This document shows, piece after piece, positions 13,248 through 26,697 of a DNA stretch of 64,000 bases (position 1 is the first letter of the stretch; each line of letters opens with the position of its first letter). The stretch comes from Malacoraja senta (taxonomy: Eukaryota). Where the stretch lies: positions 27,404,001 through 27,468,000 of the forward strand of contig CM075985.1 in NCBI GenBank assembly GCA_038087875.1. The letters are read 5' to 3'. The position numbers and the translations under genes are program-made. The notes under the pieces were generated by a model, which worked only from the letters and a program-made list of their open reading frames with translations, was not told where the DNA came from and did not search any database.

Positions 13248-13478
13248 CACACAAAATGCTGGAGTAACTCAGCGGGACAGGCAGCATCTCTGGAGAGAAG
13301 AAATGGGTGACGTTTCAGGTCGAGACCCTTCTTCAGAGTCTGCCTGTTCCGCTGAGTTACTCGACCCGCAACAACACCCATTCCTTCTCTCCAAAGATTC
13401 TGCCTGTTCCGCTGAGTTACTCCAGCATTTGCATCTACCTTCGATATAAATCAGCATCTGCAGTTCTTTCCTACACAC
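13248..13478. mobile_element. Penelope-type palindromic element with minimal hammerhead-like core (minus strand ~13304-13340)
   Basis: Inverted arms tgctggagtaactcagcgg / ccgctgagttactccagca; minus strand CTGAAGA-AGGGTCTCGACCT-GAAACGTC. Confidence 0.7.
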
Positions 13479-14171
13479 TGTAATAGGTACATTATCTATG
13501 GTCTCCCCTCAGCAAGTTACTGCCCCAGTACTGAGCTCAATGATGCAGATAATCAGATGCACGTGATCTTCTGAACACCTTTCCAATTTCCTGGCATCTG
13601 CCTGGATCTCCAAGATATTTTGATTGGATGATAGTCAGTGGTTCCCTTGGAAAGCAGTGTTAACACTATTAGACCTGTGACAATCAAGCTACCACCTCAA
13701 TACTTCTTGGGAAATGACTTTTAATTAAACAAGGTCCATATCATTTAAATATGATTTTGTTTATGGTCCCAAATCTGAGGCATGTCAATTAAAACAAATC
13801 CATGGAGATCTTATCCTTGTTTTTGTTTCAAATAAAGTACAGAATTACAATTGAGATTACATCAAAATTGCTGTGTTAGAACAGAAGTAAGCATCTAAGA
13901 AGGCTTAGAATCAGATTGTGCTAACAATCATTCTGATACAAAACACTACCTATGAAAAAGATAATATGAGTAGAAGAATTACTAGAATTTTACAAGAACC
14001 TAAGTTGGCATTTTTTTATAATTTGTGTAAGAATTATGGCCTATGGATGGAATCAACTTTTTGGAAATATATTAAAATGTAAATGGCTGCTCCATTGCGA
14101 TGTTTATAAAGTAATCATGGTATTAATAATGGAGATATATAAAATTGTAACAAATGTGTTTTGTGTTTTAG

Positions 14172-14298
14172 ATGTGTAAAGCTGCCTCATGTAACTGTGA
14201 GAAGGTCAATGACTGTGTATGTGCTACAATGGGAGCATATGCCCATGATTGTGCTGCAAAGGGTGTCATCGTGAGGAACTGGAGAGGATCCGTGTGCA
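14172..14298 (+). CDS. Mucin exon, C8-2 (MCKAASCNCEKVNDCVC...WRGSVC)
   Basis: tttag / gtatgt, phase 0-1. Confidence 0.92.
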
Positions 14299-14929
14299 GT
14301 ATGTGATTTTTCATTATATGTTACATTATAATCACAGAAATATAATGGATAGAAGACTACTAAGAGTGGGAGGTGACCATTCAGTTATTGAGACACAGGT
14401 GATTGCAGATGCTGGCAAATTGCTGGCGGAACTCAGCGGGTCAGACAGCATCTGTGAAGGGAAGGGACAGGAGACATTTTGGGTTGGGACCCATCTTCAG
14501 ATTGATGAAGTAGGTGGGAGAAAGCTGGAGAATGGAGGTTGGGGTGGTGCAAAGATAGAGTTGGGGGGGGGAGGAGGTGGAGGATGATTAGCAGATGGGT
14601 GGAGATAATCATAGAGTCGTACAGCGTGGCAACTCTTGAAGCCCTTTCCTTGGAAACATTTATCAACTTTACACTTGCAAGCTCCATTGTCCCAGTATCC
14701 ATTGACTTTTCGGGAAGGAAATTCCAAATGTAACTGATAGTTAACTTTGTTTAGACTCTATTGCACTGTGGGATGAATACAGCATTACATTTTCTGTTAC
14801 CAGTTTGTCTTGATTTAATTCATTTAATCACTCGAATAAGATAATCTTGTAGAAACATGAAATCATTTGTTCACAGCAGTGTATTAAGAAGTGGACATCA
14901 TTGAACTTTTCATACATTGGCAGAGAAGT

Positions 14930-16330
14930 TCAAGAGGAATCCAAGGAGATTTTCTAAATATATTAGAATAACTAGGGAGAGAATAGGGCCTTTCAAAGAC
15001 CAAAAGGGAATCTATGTTTGGAGCTGCAGGAGATCAGCGAGGTCCTCAGTGAATATTTCTACTCTGTTTTTACTGTGAAGAAAAAAATGAAGACCAATGA
15101 ACTCACAAAGGATGTCTTAGGGTTCGACTGCATTACATTAGAGGAATTGTTGGACATCTTAAAATGTATGAAGATAGATTAATCACTGGGGTCTGATCAG
15201 ATATAATCAAAAACACCGTAGGAAGGTAAAGAAGAAATCGGAGATTCCCTGGATAAGATGTATGGTTCATCGTTAGCCACAAGTGAGGTGCCAGAAGACA
15301 TGAAATTTGATTGCATATTTTTGAAGAAGAAGGTCAATGAGGATTAAAAGCACATAGTTCCCTGAAAGTGATGTCACAGGTGGACAGAGTGATGAAGAAG
15401 GCTTTTAGCATGCTAGCCTTCATCAATGAGGGCAATGAGTAAAGAGTAAAGAAGATGGGGTGTTATGTTACACTTGTGCAATATTTTGGTGAGGATACAC
15501 TTGGAGTATTGTGTTCAGTTCCTGCTAAAGGGAAGATGCCATTAAGTGGAAAGAGTGAAGAAAATATTTATGAGGATGCTGCCAGGACTTGAGAGACTGA
15601 GTTATAGAGAGAGGTTGGGCATGCTAGAACTTTATTCCGTGGAGACTGGGGGATGATCTTACAGTGGTGTATAAAATCATGAGGGACATAGATAGGGTGA
15701 ATGGACAAAGTCTTTTTCCCAGAGTTGGGGAATCAAGAACCAGAGGGTTAGGTTTAATGTGAGAGGGGAAAGGTATAATAGGAACGACTTTTTCCACACC
15801 GAGGATGTTACTTTAAAGGAACATTTATGGAAGTAGTGAGGCAGATACAATAACAACATTTAAAGGCATTTGGATACGCATATGGACAGGAAGATTTTGA
15901 GGTATATGGGTCAAGGACAGACTAATGAGAATAACTACTTTGACGCATTTTGGCCAGCATGGACTAGTTGGTCCTGTTTCTGTGACTCTAAGACTCTAAG
16001 ACTCTGGAGCGTCAGAGGCTGAGGGGACCCATGATTAAAATATATAAAATTATGCGAGGCATGGACAGTCAGTGGATGGAACTGTCAAGTCATAGAAAGC
16101 ATAACTTTAAGATGTGAGGGGGAAAGTTTAAAGGAGATGTTCGGAGCAAGTCTTACACACAGAGTGATAGATTCTTGGAGGATACTGCCAGGAATAGTGA
16201 TGGAAGCAGATACGATTGTGACGTTTAAGAGGCTTTTTGATATACAAATAACCAATAATTGGCATCATGTTTGGCACAGATATTGTGGGCTGAAAGACCT
16301 GTCCATGTACTGCATTGTTCCATGATATAT
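14930..16330 (+). mobile_element. Highly decayed CR1 fragments
   Basis: ORF2 remnants (YFSSVFT-like, LEYCVQF), tail repeats; boundaries approximate. Confidence 0.7.
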
Positions 16331-16674
16331 GTTCTAACTAATAAGAATACTAAATGTGATGTTTGGTGAATTTTTCCTAATATAATGAGATTGCTCTCCA
16401 AGGAGAAATAAAAACAAATAGGGTATTGTTGGAAAAATGCTATTCATTCATTAGAACAATTAACAAGAGCCGAGTCTTATCTTAGAAATGTAAAACGTGT
16501 TTTTTTCCCCAATTGTTTGAAATAAGCATGGTTATCTGCAGTCAGAAAATTATTTCACGATACCTTTGCCAATTGAACGTCTTGAGCAATTAGCCATGCA
16601 ATTACTATTGTTCAATCATATTTGGAGTTTATAGCAAAAATTAAATGGCTTAATGGAATGTTTTTCCTTTTTAG

Positions 16675-16921
16675 GAGTAAATTGCCCAATAACACAGATT
16701 TTTCATCACGATATGAGAGCCTGTAACCGGATGTGCAGGTTTCTGTCAAATCCTGATTTCACATGTGAGCGTCAAGATGTTCAAGTTGATGGTTGCGGCT
16801 GTCCTGAGGGAAAGTACATGAATGATGAGAAAGCATGTGTGAGCAGATCAGAATGCCCTTGTTATGTTGATGGTATAAATCTGCCACCAGGACAAAGTCT
16901 TACTTTAAGTGGAATGAGATG
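16675..16921 (+). CDS. Mucin exon, TIL2/E2 (VNCPITQIF...VDGCGCPEG...CPCY)
   Basis: tttag / gtaagt, phase 1-2. Confidence 0.93.
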
Positions 16922-17003
16922 GTAAGTGCTTTACATTTTGCTTTGTTCATTTTGGATTAAAGTACTTGCAACTATAAAATAAGAAGTATGCTTTTTCTCT
17001 TAG

Positions 17004-17062
17004 TTCATGTCTCAATGGAGAGCTTTCGTGCCCTCAGGCAAAAAATCCACCAATCATACAAG
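17004..17062 (+). CDS. Mucin exon, E2 end (SCLNGELSCPQ)
   Basis: cttag / gtaaac, phase 2-1. Confidence 0.87.
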
Positions 17063-17169
17063 GTAAACAATGTTTAATCTATTTAAACAACTGAAGCACA
17101 CAATTTAACTTTGGAATTAAATGAATGCACTTTGGTTGCATTAAAAAATAATTCACTTTTTTTTGTTAG

Positions 17170-17255
17170 ATTGCCAGAAACAAAATAAAATATTTTCGAA
17201 TTGTGTCACTGCTGGTGCATGCAAGAAGACATGTGAAACGCTGTACAAACCATGT
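17170..17255 (+). CDS. Mucin exon, TIL' start (CQKQNKIFSNC...CKKTCETLYKPC)
   Basis: gttag / gtaagt, phase 1-0. Confidence 0.87.
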
Positions 17256-18339
17256 GTAAGTGAACATGAGCCAATATTCTGGGTCCATTTGTTCAAAATG
17301 AAAGGCCAATGGAGTCATGAATCTCAACATAATTTAGTTTAATAGGTGTCTGTCATGACACAAATGGTGATTCATTCTATTATTCTTTTTCTTAGGCAGT
17401 CCCTCAAGATCAAGCGAGATTTCATTCTATTTCGGTTTTGTGGGTTTTGAAATGGCAACTGAGCCCTTGTGGGAAACACATACTCTTTCACAGATGGGCA
17501 GATGCTGACTGACAGGGCAAGGGTAGTTTAAGTGATCTATTTCTTGCATCACAGTGACGCTGTTTTCCTGATACATGACCTCAACGTTTTCCATATCACC
17601 CGCAATGCTTTTTCCCCACATTGAGCGGTCACAGGCCAGAGAGTCCCAGGAATCAGTAAGATTGCTGCATTTCTCCAAGGTGCATTTGAGCACCTCCTCA
17701 GATCTTTTCCTATGTCTTCCTGGTAAATTGTTCCCATGCAGAGCTTGGAAAAGTACTAGGCATATGAAAGTCATCAGGCATATGAATGTTGAGGCCTGCC
17801 CATAGTAGCCACCTAAAAATAAGCAGGGTCTCAATACTGGGGTGGGGTGGGGGGGGGGGGGGGGTATCCTGGGAGATGACAATGATGTTGGTTCTTTAGT
17901 CCTTACAGCAAATTTTGCATTGGTATTCGTATTGGTTTATTATTGTTATATGTACTGAGATACAGTGAAAAGCTTGGTTTAAGCGCTAATGTCGAATACT
18001 GTACAAGTATAATTAAGCCACACACAAGCACAACAGGTAGTACAAAGAAAAAATAGCAGAGAGCTGAATATAGTGTTACAGTATTATAGCGTTACAGTCA
18101 CAGAGAAAAAGTTCAAGATTTGCAATGAGATAGGTTGGAAGATTGGGATTACACCTTAGCTTATGGGAGAATTGTGCAGCAGTCCACTGGCCATGGGGAA
18201 GAATCTGTATCTGAACCTGATGGTATGTGCTTTCAAGATTTTGCACCTTCTGCCCAAAGGGACAAGGGAGAAGAGGGAATGACTGAGCTATAAATGCTTT
18301 ACAATTTTGTTGACTGCTTTCCTGAACAACAGAAGTATA

Positions 18340-19060
18340 ACGGGATCTGGGGGTCCTTGTTCATCAGTCTATGAAAGTAAGCATGCAGGTACAGCAGGCA
18401 TTGAAGAAAGCGAATGGCATGTTGGCCTTCATAACAAGAAGAGTTGAGTATAGGAGCAAAGAGGTCCTTCTGCAGTTGTATAGGGCCCCAATGAGACCAC
18501 ACCTGGAGCATTGTGTGCAGTTTTGGTCCCCTAATTTAAGGAAGGACATTCTTGCTATTGAGGAAGTGCAGAGTAGGTTTACAAGGTTAATTCCCGGGAT
18601 GACGGGACAGTCATATGCTGAAAGAATGGACCGGCTGGGCTTGTATACTCTGGAGTTTAGTAGGATGAGAGGGGATCTTATTGAAACATATAAGATTATT
18701 AAGGGTTTGGACACGCTAGAGGCAGAAACATGTTCCCAATGTTGGGGGAGTCCAGAACCAGGGGCCACAGTTTAAGAATAAGGGGTAAGCCATTTACAAT
18801 GGAGACAAGGAAACGTTTTTTTCTCACAGAGGGTTGTGAGTCTGTGGAATTCTCTGCCTCAGAGGGCGGTGGAGGCCAGTTCACTGGATACTTTCAAAAG
18901 AGAGCTAGATAGAGCTCTTAAAGATAGTGGAGTCAGGGGATATGGGGAGAAGGCAGGAACGGGGTACTGATTGGGGATGATCAGCCATGATCACATTGAA
19001 TGGTGGTGCTGGCTCGAAGGGCCGAATGGCCTACTCCTGCACCTGTTGTCTATTGTCTAT
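18340..19060 (+). mobile_element. Relatively young 5'-truncated CR1 nested in an older minus-strand LINE remnant (~17930-19330)
   Basis: 134-aa open ORF2 C-terminus, 3' UTR, ctattgt tail repeats. Confidence 0.9.
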
Positions 19061-19629
19061 AGTCTAAGTGCAGCTGGGGTTGATAGTTGAGAGACTAGTT
19101 TGTATGATGGACTACATCTGAGAGATTGCAGTGAGTTGTGCTGCATCACAACTCTGCAATTTCTTATGGTCTTGGGTAGAACTGTTGCTCAACCAGACTG
19201 TGAGGCAACTAAGTTAGGATGCTTTCTACAGTGCATCTGTAGAAGGTAAGTTGTTGGAGCATGTTAAAATTTCTTAGTCTTCTGAGAAAATGTGGGCATC
19301 TGTATGCTTTTTTGCCCATAGCTTCAATGTGACTGTTCAAAGCGGGTGTAGATGCATTGAGTTAATCGGGAAGGGACCCATTGTTGCCAGCGATACTACC
19401 CGCCTTCACTTTGTAGCTTTATACCATACATGTCTTGTCACAATCTATGGGTATCTATGTCACTCCATCTATAATTCAATGCTTGTGCTGGACCTGCTCT
19501 GTATTGTCGAGAAAAAGTGTAGATTAGGTAACTGTTTTACAGAGCATGTGCACTGTCCACAGCAGTCATCTTGAGCTTCCAGTTGGATGTCTATTGAACT
19601 CTCCTCCCCATCCCAATACTGTCCTGCCT

Positions 19630-19750
19630 GCCTTCAGCCTCCTTCATTGCCACAGTGAAGCCAAGTGCAAACTAGAAGTACAATACCTCAGATTCTGCTT
19701 TGTTAGCTTATGCCCAAAAATATGAACATTGAATTTTCCATTCTCAGATA
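19630..19750 (+). mobile_element. Penelope-like GIY-YIG C-terminal remnant
   Basis: Translates LLHCHSEAKCKLEVQYLRFC...NMNIEF, resembling the end of the Penelope-like ORF. Confidence 0.55.
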
Positions 19751-20297
19751 ACTCTGACATCCTATATTATTTTCTAATCCCCACCATCCCTCCCAAGTTC
19801 TCTGTTCACCTTTTTCTTCCATTCCCCATGCTCCCTAATCTGGTTCCATCTGCTTATCATTTCCCCCCTCTTCTGGTTCAACCTATCACCTACTAGATCC
19901 TCAATGTGCTCTTCTGGTTCAAACTATCCTCTTCTGGTTCAACCTATCACCTACTAGATTCATCATTGTGCTTTTTTTTAACCATAGTCAACCCAATGGG
20001 GCTGATCCAGGACAAATTGTTGGTGATATTCATAGCTAAGAATTTTAAGCATTCAACCATCTCCACTTTGGGAACGTTAATGCTGATTTGAGGGTGTACT
20101 CCATAGCTTTTTCTGAAATAGCATTGGTAGTATTTTATCCTTTGCCTTAAGATACCTGTTGCGGGTAGTCCACGTCTCAGAAGCATATAGGACTGCAAGG
20201 TATATTTTAACTATGTGATGATGACGCATACATGCTGTCCAAGTATAGATCTTAATGCCAATTCTGCCAATTTTACAATGTTTTCTCCTTTATAAAG

Positions 20298-20446
20298 CCA
20301 AACCCATGTGTCCCGGGCTGTGTCTGCCCTGACGGTGTGGTGGAAGATTCCAGTGGAAGATGCATTGCACCATCTCAGTGTCCTTGTGTATTTGGAGGTG
20401 AAACCTTTGGGTCTGGAGAAACAATCAAAAGGGACTGCAATAAGTG
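20298..20446 (+). CDS. Mucin exon, TIL'/E' (PNPCVPGCVCPDG...RDCNK)
   Basis: aag acceptor after pyrimidine tract / gtgagc, phase 0-2. Confidence 0.88.
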
Positions 20447-20532
20447 GTGAGCCTAGACAAATGTCAAACAAAATAACAGCCCTTAACAGCATAGAATTGT
20501 AGAAAGATATTACTATGTCTTCTCTATTGTAG

Positions 20533-20671
20533 CACATGCAAAATTGGCACATGGGAATGTACCAATGATCCATGTCCAAAGACATGCCATGTTTATGGAG
20601 ATGGACATTACATGACCTTTGATGGAAAGCGATACACTTTTGATGGCAACTGTGAATATATCTTTGTTGAG
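20533..20671 (+). CDS. Mucin exon, VWD3 start (TCHVYGDGHYMTFDGKRYTFDGNCEY)
   Basis: tgtag / gtaaga, phase 2-0. Confidence 0.94.
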
Positions 20672-21509
20672 GTAAGATAGAGAACGTCATATTCAATGTG
20701 CATTTTTTTTCTTTTTCATTTAGTTGTAAACATATATGATAATACTTACATTTTAAATCTTTACATTCTTTCTAAGTTTAGGCAGACATGCAAAAGATTA
20801 TTGTTAATTGATATAATGATTGTAATCAGTCTATTAAAATATTTCACTGAAGTATTTATTAAAAATTTCTCCATAGTGTAATTTGTTCATTTAAAATGGA
20901 TCGGTCCTAGCAACTACTTTTGACATTTGGTCGGCCTTTGGTTGTTGTTATTGATGGCTGTTGGAGGAGAGGGAGTAATACATGTGTGCAACTGGAATTG
21001 TTCACACATTTGCTTGTTCAATCACTCAAAGAATTTCACACTTCAAAATTATGACAGATGACATTCTAAACATGAAGCAGCATATTAGATCGCATGTTTA
21101 AAAGTACAAATTGTCTCAGACACAATCAGCAAGAATGGTTTTGAGTGTAATCTGAAATCTCTGATATTGCTTCTGAGATATAAATGAGAAGGTAAAAATG
21201 AACAAAATGTATTAATCAGATTAAATGATCTGAGATTCTATAGTATGAATAGTTCTTCAGCAAACCTTAAATGCTTTTGAAAGTGTTAACTATCACTTGG
21301 TGCTAAGGGTTTCAAGAGCTGTTATTATGACCTTGTCTTTTTCCCTTCCTTTGTCCTTATATTTTCTTGAGCTCAGAGGATAATGAAAATATATATAAAT
21401 CTTGATGAACTATAAATTATACTGGAATTATTGAGCTGGCTCTGCCATGCCAGATTATGATTGGTTAAAATTATGCTGCACCAAATTAGTCAAGTTATCT
21501 TAATTTTAG

Positions 21510-21614
21510 GACCGATGTCTGCGAAAGATTGGCACATTCCAAATACTGACCGAGAGTGTTCCCTGCTGTGAAAATGGAGTGACATGTTCAAGAAACATCA
21601 GAATCATATTTGAG
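21510..21614 (+). CDS. Mucin exon, VWD3 ([19 protein letters not shown])
   Basis: tttag / gtatat, phase 0-0. Confidence 0.92.
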
Positions 21615-21755
21615 GTATATGCGCTTTGATTTATAACAATTAGAATGCGTAAGATGGCGTTTTAAAATAAAGCATCCAAATGGATCCTTGCAATGATTTA
21701 ATTTAGTTTATTCAGCATGTTATAAATCAATGTATTTTCAAATATATTCTTATAG

Positions 21756-21944
21756 GATAAAGAAATAGTTCTGTTGAGTGGAAATAGAGTGAGTGAAATA
21801 TCCCTTGGCAAAAACCAGTGCACGGAAAATTTATATACAATTCACAACGTTGGACTTTACTTAGTCATAACATTTTCCAATGGGATAACTGTGATATGGG
21901 ACAAAAATACAAGATTTTCAATCACATTGGACCCCAGATGGAAG
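21756..21944 (+). CDS. Mucin exon, VWD3 (VGLYLVITFSNGITVIWDKNTR)
   Basis: tatag / gtatgt, phase 0-0. Confidence 0.92.
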
Positions 21945-23489
21945 GTATGTATGATTGTAAATTAAAATGTTTCCTTAATTTCTGTTTATTGATAGAGAAA
22001 ACATAATGAGAAGTTGTAAAACAAAACTTGTGTGGCATAATTCATATGAGAAACGTGGATGTGGTGTGAAAAATGTTTAACTAAATGTTCGTAGACAATT
22101 GAGCTGTAGATGGAATGGACAACACAGAATTTGGTAATAAATGATGGACACATTCCCTGAGCAATGCAGCATTGGATTCAAAATAAATGAGATGAAACTA
22201 TGGTTTTTCATTTATTATTGGGCTCATTATCAGCTATTCAACTTTAAGAAGCAGCTGAACAATAACCTACATTTCTTTGTATGACAATATTAAATAGTAC
22301 TTAGAAGCATTACGAGCATTACCAGGAATTGTGAAAAGGGTAGGGAGCTGCATTGTTTAACAATAGAGGAAAACTGGCACAAAATAACTATGGAAAACGG
22401 AGTTGACCACAGATGTCCACAATTTTTTTTAAAGTAGCACTAGAATGGAAATAATGTGAGGGGCATAGTTATTATGGTCATTCTTCCATTATGTTAAAAT
22501 TCAGATGCATCCCTAGTCCTTGGTTGCACAAAATTAGGTATTGCACATGTTATCTTCACGTCAGCTTGATAGGTCTATCACATAATTGAGGGAAGCTCGA
22601 ATTAGAGATTTATTGACACTCTGGTGACATACTAACACTCTAGCAGATTTCATACATGTGGTGGTAAGAGGAAATGAGAAGGAAGAGAAGGGAAGGGATC
22701 AGAATGGTGCTATTATGCAGGGTAAGGGAAGGTTGAGACGAGCAGATGAAGGGTTGACAGAGTCCAATAAATCAGCTGAGAATGGATCATTGTGATGGGG
22801 AGAGGAGAGGGGGGTGGTGGTAGGGTTTTAATGCAGATTAAAGGGTCAGGGTATTAGTGGAGATCGACATTGGGTAGTACATTAAATTCAGCAGGTTTTA
22901 AGTCATTATCTGACTTTCATGCAGCTCTCCCGAAATAGCAAAATGGTAGAGAGGGTGTTGCCTTATTGAGTAAGGAGAATGTCACGGCATTAGTCCGAGA
23001 TGACATTACTGATAGTTAAAAAAAAAAAAATAAGAGTAAAAATGTTAAATATATATGAAGAGACATTTTGATAGGTACATGGATAGGATAGGTTTAGAAG
23101 GATATGCGCAAATGCCTTCTAAGTGTAGATGGAGCATGTTGGTCGGCGTGGGGAAGTTGGGCTGAAGAGGCCTATTTCCACATTGTATGACTCTATAACT
23201 CTAATAGAAACTAATGACCTCCTGTGTGGCTTTGGGACGAAATTGACATTGGGGTCACAAGACTGGATATTGACAGGAAATGTCCTATCAAATTCTCAAA
23301 ACAGTGAAAAATATTCCAGAAATTATTATCACACTTCCCTCATAGACAAAACTTCTCCATGTGCACAGATCGAATAAAACACCAACACGGAACTGGAGAT
23401 TTTTAAGCAAATATGTTTTTATGACATCTTTGGTATATAAGCTTCGGGATTTGTCAAGCTGGGAATAACCAATGTGAATCTAAAAAAAC

Positions 23490-23695
23490 TGAATATGCTG
23501 GAAAGTCTTAGCAGGTTAGGCAGCATCTGTGAAAAGTGAAGCAGTTAACATTTCAGGTCAAAGACCCATCTTCAGACCCTTCTTCAGCCTTTGACCTGAA
23601 AAATTAATTGTTTCTCTTTCCATTAGTGTCTCCTGACTTGTTGAGTTTTGGAGGATTTTGTTTTAGTTTCAGATTTCCAGTATCTTAAGTTTTTT
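23490..23695. mobile_element. Degenerate Penelope-type palindromic element
   Basis: Related to 13248-13478; inverted tttcaggtcaaag / ctttgacctgaaa. Confidence 0.55.
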
Positions 23696-24853
23696 GATTT
23701 TCATTTAATGTGAACCTGAAGCTCCCAATGCGGTGTTCCAGGATGTGACGAGAGGCCAAGGTGAAAACCTTCACTGGAACAATCCCAACTCAAAATCTTG
23801 TCTCTAAGTCAATTGGCAGTGTGGAAAGGCAAAACAGAATCCACATGGGTAGTGCAAAAGGCTTCCTCAAACCTGTCAAAAGGCTACCATTAAACATATG
23901 TATATATAAAGTAAAAGCTTTATATGAAATGATAAATCACTTAAATGAAAGCAAAAATACAAGAGGAATTGTTTTAAAATTACCGCTTTGATGCCATTTA
24001 ATTTCAAGAGTCTGCAAGTACTGTATATATTTAAAGACAACAGTTCACATACAGGTTTTGAATTAGAATTTATGAGGTTGACATTTCATTCAAAGGATGG
24101 CTTGATGCTTTGAGGTTAAACAGTAACAGTAGAAATGTGTACAATGTATGTATATGTGGTAAAGATCATGAGGATTCAAAGCCAAGAGTTTGTTGAAAAT
24201 AAGGAAGATGAAATATAATTGGATCAGATAGTCTTGAATTATTCTTCATTTTAAATTATACATTTAGCAGTTTAATTTTCTTTTATATACTTGTGCCATC
24301 TTTTATCATGAAAAGTTGTGACAATGGTGAAGGCCTTCAACCAATAGATTAGTTAATCAATCCAGGACTGCCCAAAATCCCCATATTGTATAATTTAGCA
24401 GTTTATTGAAAATACTTTGAATTTTCAACCATACTAATCCATAGGTAATGAGTGAAATAACTTGCTTTACTTATTTACAAACTAAATTATAACCTCTTTA
24501 TAGCTAATGTCTTTGGTTCTGGTTGTGATGTAAAACCCTCTTGATGCTTCGCTCTCTCTATGATTGCGTTTATTTTTGTAGTAAACAAAAGCTGTGCTTC
24601 TGAAGCGAGGAACTGAAAATTATACAAAAGATCAAAGACTAGGTCAAAAATTAATTAAATAATTGTAATGATTTAATTGATTAATTATGTTTGTATGGTG
24701 CCATATTGGATCTCAAGAAGAGACTAGGTGGTTTATTGCAATGAAAGATTGATAATTTTGACATTTGTATTGGGTTAACTAGGAAAAAGTAGGAAATTTG
24801 AATTGTACATTTAGAATAGTAACCATTATTTTTGCTTTTTTTACATACATAAG

Positions 24854-25093
24854 AATAAGGTTTGTGGCCTTTGTGGAAATTTCAATGAAAACATTGAAGA
24901 CGACTTAACAACGAAGGGGAACTCCTTGGTGACCAGCTTTATGGCCTTTGGGAACAGTTGGAAGTCCATGCAGTCATGCTCTGACACAGTCAATGAAATA
25001 TACCCATGTGATAACAATCCATATTGTTTAGCATGGGCTCAGAAGAGGTGCAGCATAATTAGTGGCCCAGTCTTTCAAGCTTGTCATAAAATG
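24854..25093 (+). CDS. Mucin exon, VWD3 end/C8-3 (NKVCGLCGNFN...FGNSWK...NPYCLAWA)
   Basis: aag acceptor (an in-frame alternative gives start 24860) / gtaaga; CGLCG motif. Confidence 0.92.
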
Positions 25094-25172
25094 GTAAGAT
25101 GCCAGTTAAATTTGAAATTTAAATATAATCCATAATGCAATCATGATTTCTGACATTGTGACTCTTTATCAG

Positions 25173-25329
25173 GTTAACCCAATCCCATTTTATGATGCTT
25201 GTGTCCAAGAAGCTTGTGTTTGTGATATGGAGGGAAAATACCAGGGTTTGTGTACTGCTATTGCTGTGTACGCAGAGGCTTGCAACAAAGCTGATGTTTG
25301 CATTCGCTGGAGAACCCCTGAATTCTGCC
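25173..25329 (+). CDS. Mucin exon, C8-3 ([21 protein letters not shown]...WRTPEFC)
   Basis: atcag / gtaagt, phase 0-1. Confidence 0.93.
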
Positions 25330-26583
25330 GTAAGTCTAAACTTCTGTATTCCTTGTAGAAAACAATTAAGGTATAAGGGTTCATCAACATACTTTTATAG
25401 ATAGCAGAACACATTGATCCACAGAGTACCATAATTATTCAGATTGTTGTTTCAGATTCCTGCATCTGCAGACTCTTGTGTTCTCAAAGTCCAGATTGAT
25501 GCTTGGTGCTGTTTAAAATCTGTGTCATTTTGATTGCAATTGTAATTGCAATAAAGAAACCATATTTCCTTCTTCAATTCCCTGTCTCTTTTGACACATG
25601 ATCCTCCATCTTCTACTTGGTTCAGTAAACAGTGCACAATTAATTATCCGAGAGTCTCCTCCAAATAGAATCAAGGTTTCAAGAAGATTGGCCTTTATTG
25701 CCTTCCATCACAGTGAAGATTGGGGGGAATCCGCTGTGGTGGATGTTTATGTTAACTTTTATGTAGTTGTGTGTCTTGTTGCTTTAAAAAAAAAATATGG
25801 CTGTATGGTAATTTGAATTTCACTGCACCTTAATTGGTACATGTGACAATAAACTGACCTTGATACCTTGATTCTGTTTGGAGGATACTCTGGGGTAATT
25901 ATTTGTGCACTGTTTACTGAACCACTTTTGGGCTCACGATGGATAATATATCAAAACTGATTTTGGTCCTTGCAAAGAAAGGCAGGTCATTTTGATCCTT
26001 TCAGTGAAAGGCAGGTCACTATCACTGTACACTTTTAATCCTTGATTCATCAAACAAAATACATTCAGAACCTCACGCAGCAGAATATTCCAACATCTGC
26101 TGATCTGCAACTAATCCACAATATTTGTTTCATTAAATCTCGTCTGTTTGCTTATTAAGGAGATTTGTGGCTATTAATTTGAAGATGATGTTCTGCCAAC
26201 ATTCAGTCTCTATCCTCCAAGTTTGGCATACACTTAAGAATAAATGCATATATCATTCCATCTATCAATGTTACTGTTGGTCCGCTTTATCTAAAAAAAG
26301 ATACTTTGCAGGTTGATTGTATTGGTGCTCATGACAATTCTCCTTTACCTACTACATAAGTCAACTCATTTATCAACATGTATACTCTTTGGAATAGGAG
26401 ATTAAATTTGTCCGAGTATCTGCCATGGTAAGGACAGATGTCTAAGAGTCCAACAATCCAGTTCACAGACCATTATCTATAAAATAAATATACAGTGACT
26501 ATTTGCCATGCAATATTGTGCTCATTTTGGGCAATGAATAACCAAACCAAAATCACAATTTGATTGTTTCTTTTATTTTCCAG

Positions 26584-26697
26584 CTGTATACTGTGACTAT
26601 TATAACAGTCTTGGTGACTGCAGTTGGCATTATCAGCCGTGTGGAACAACAACAACAAAAACATGCACAAGGAAAAATTACTCTGCAAATCTAGAAG
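26584..26697 (+). CDS. Mucin exon, TIL3 ([21 protein letters not shown])
   Basis: tccag / gtgctg, phase 1-1. Confidence 0.9.

Noticed and set aside
19868-19960. Short tandem duplication ctcttctggttcaacctatcacctactagat
   Set aside because: Local slippage at a junction of decayed repeats with no sign of function
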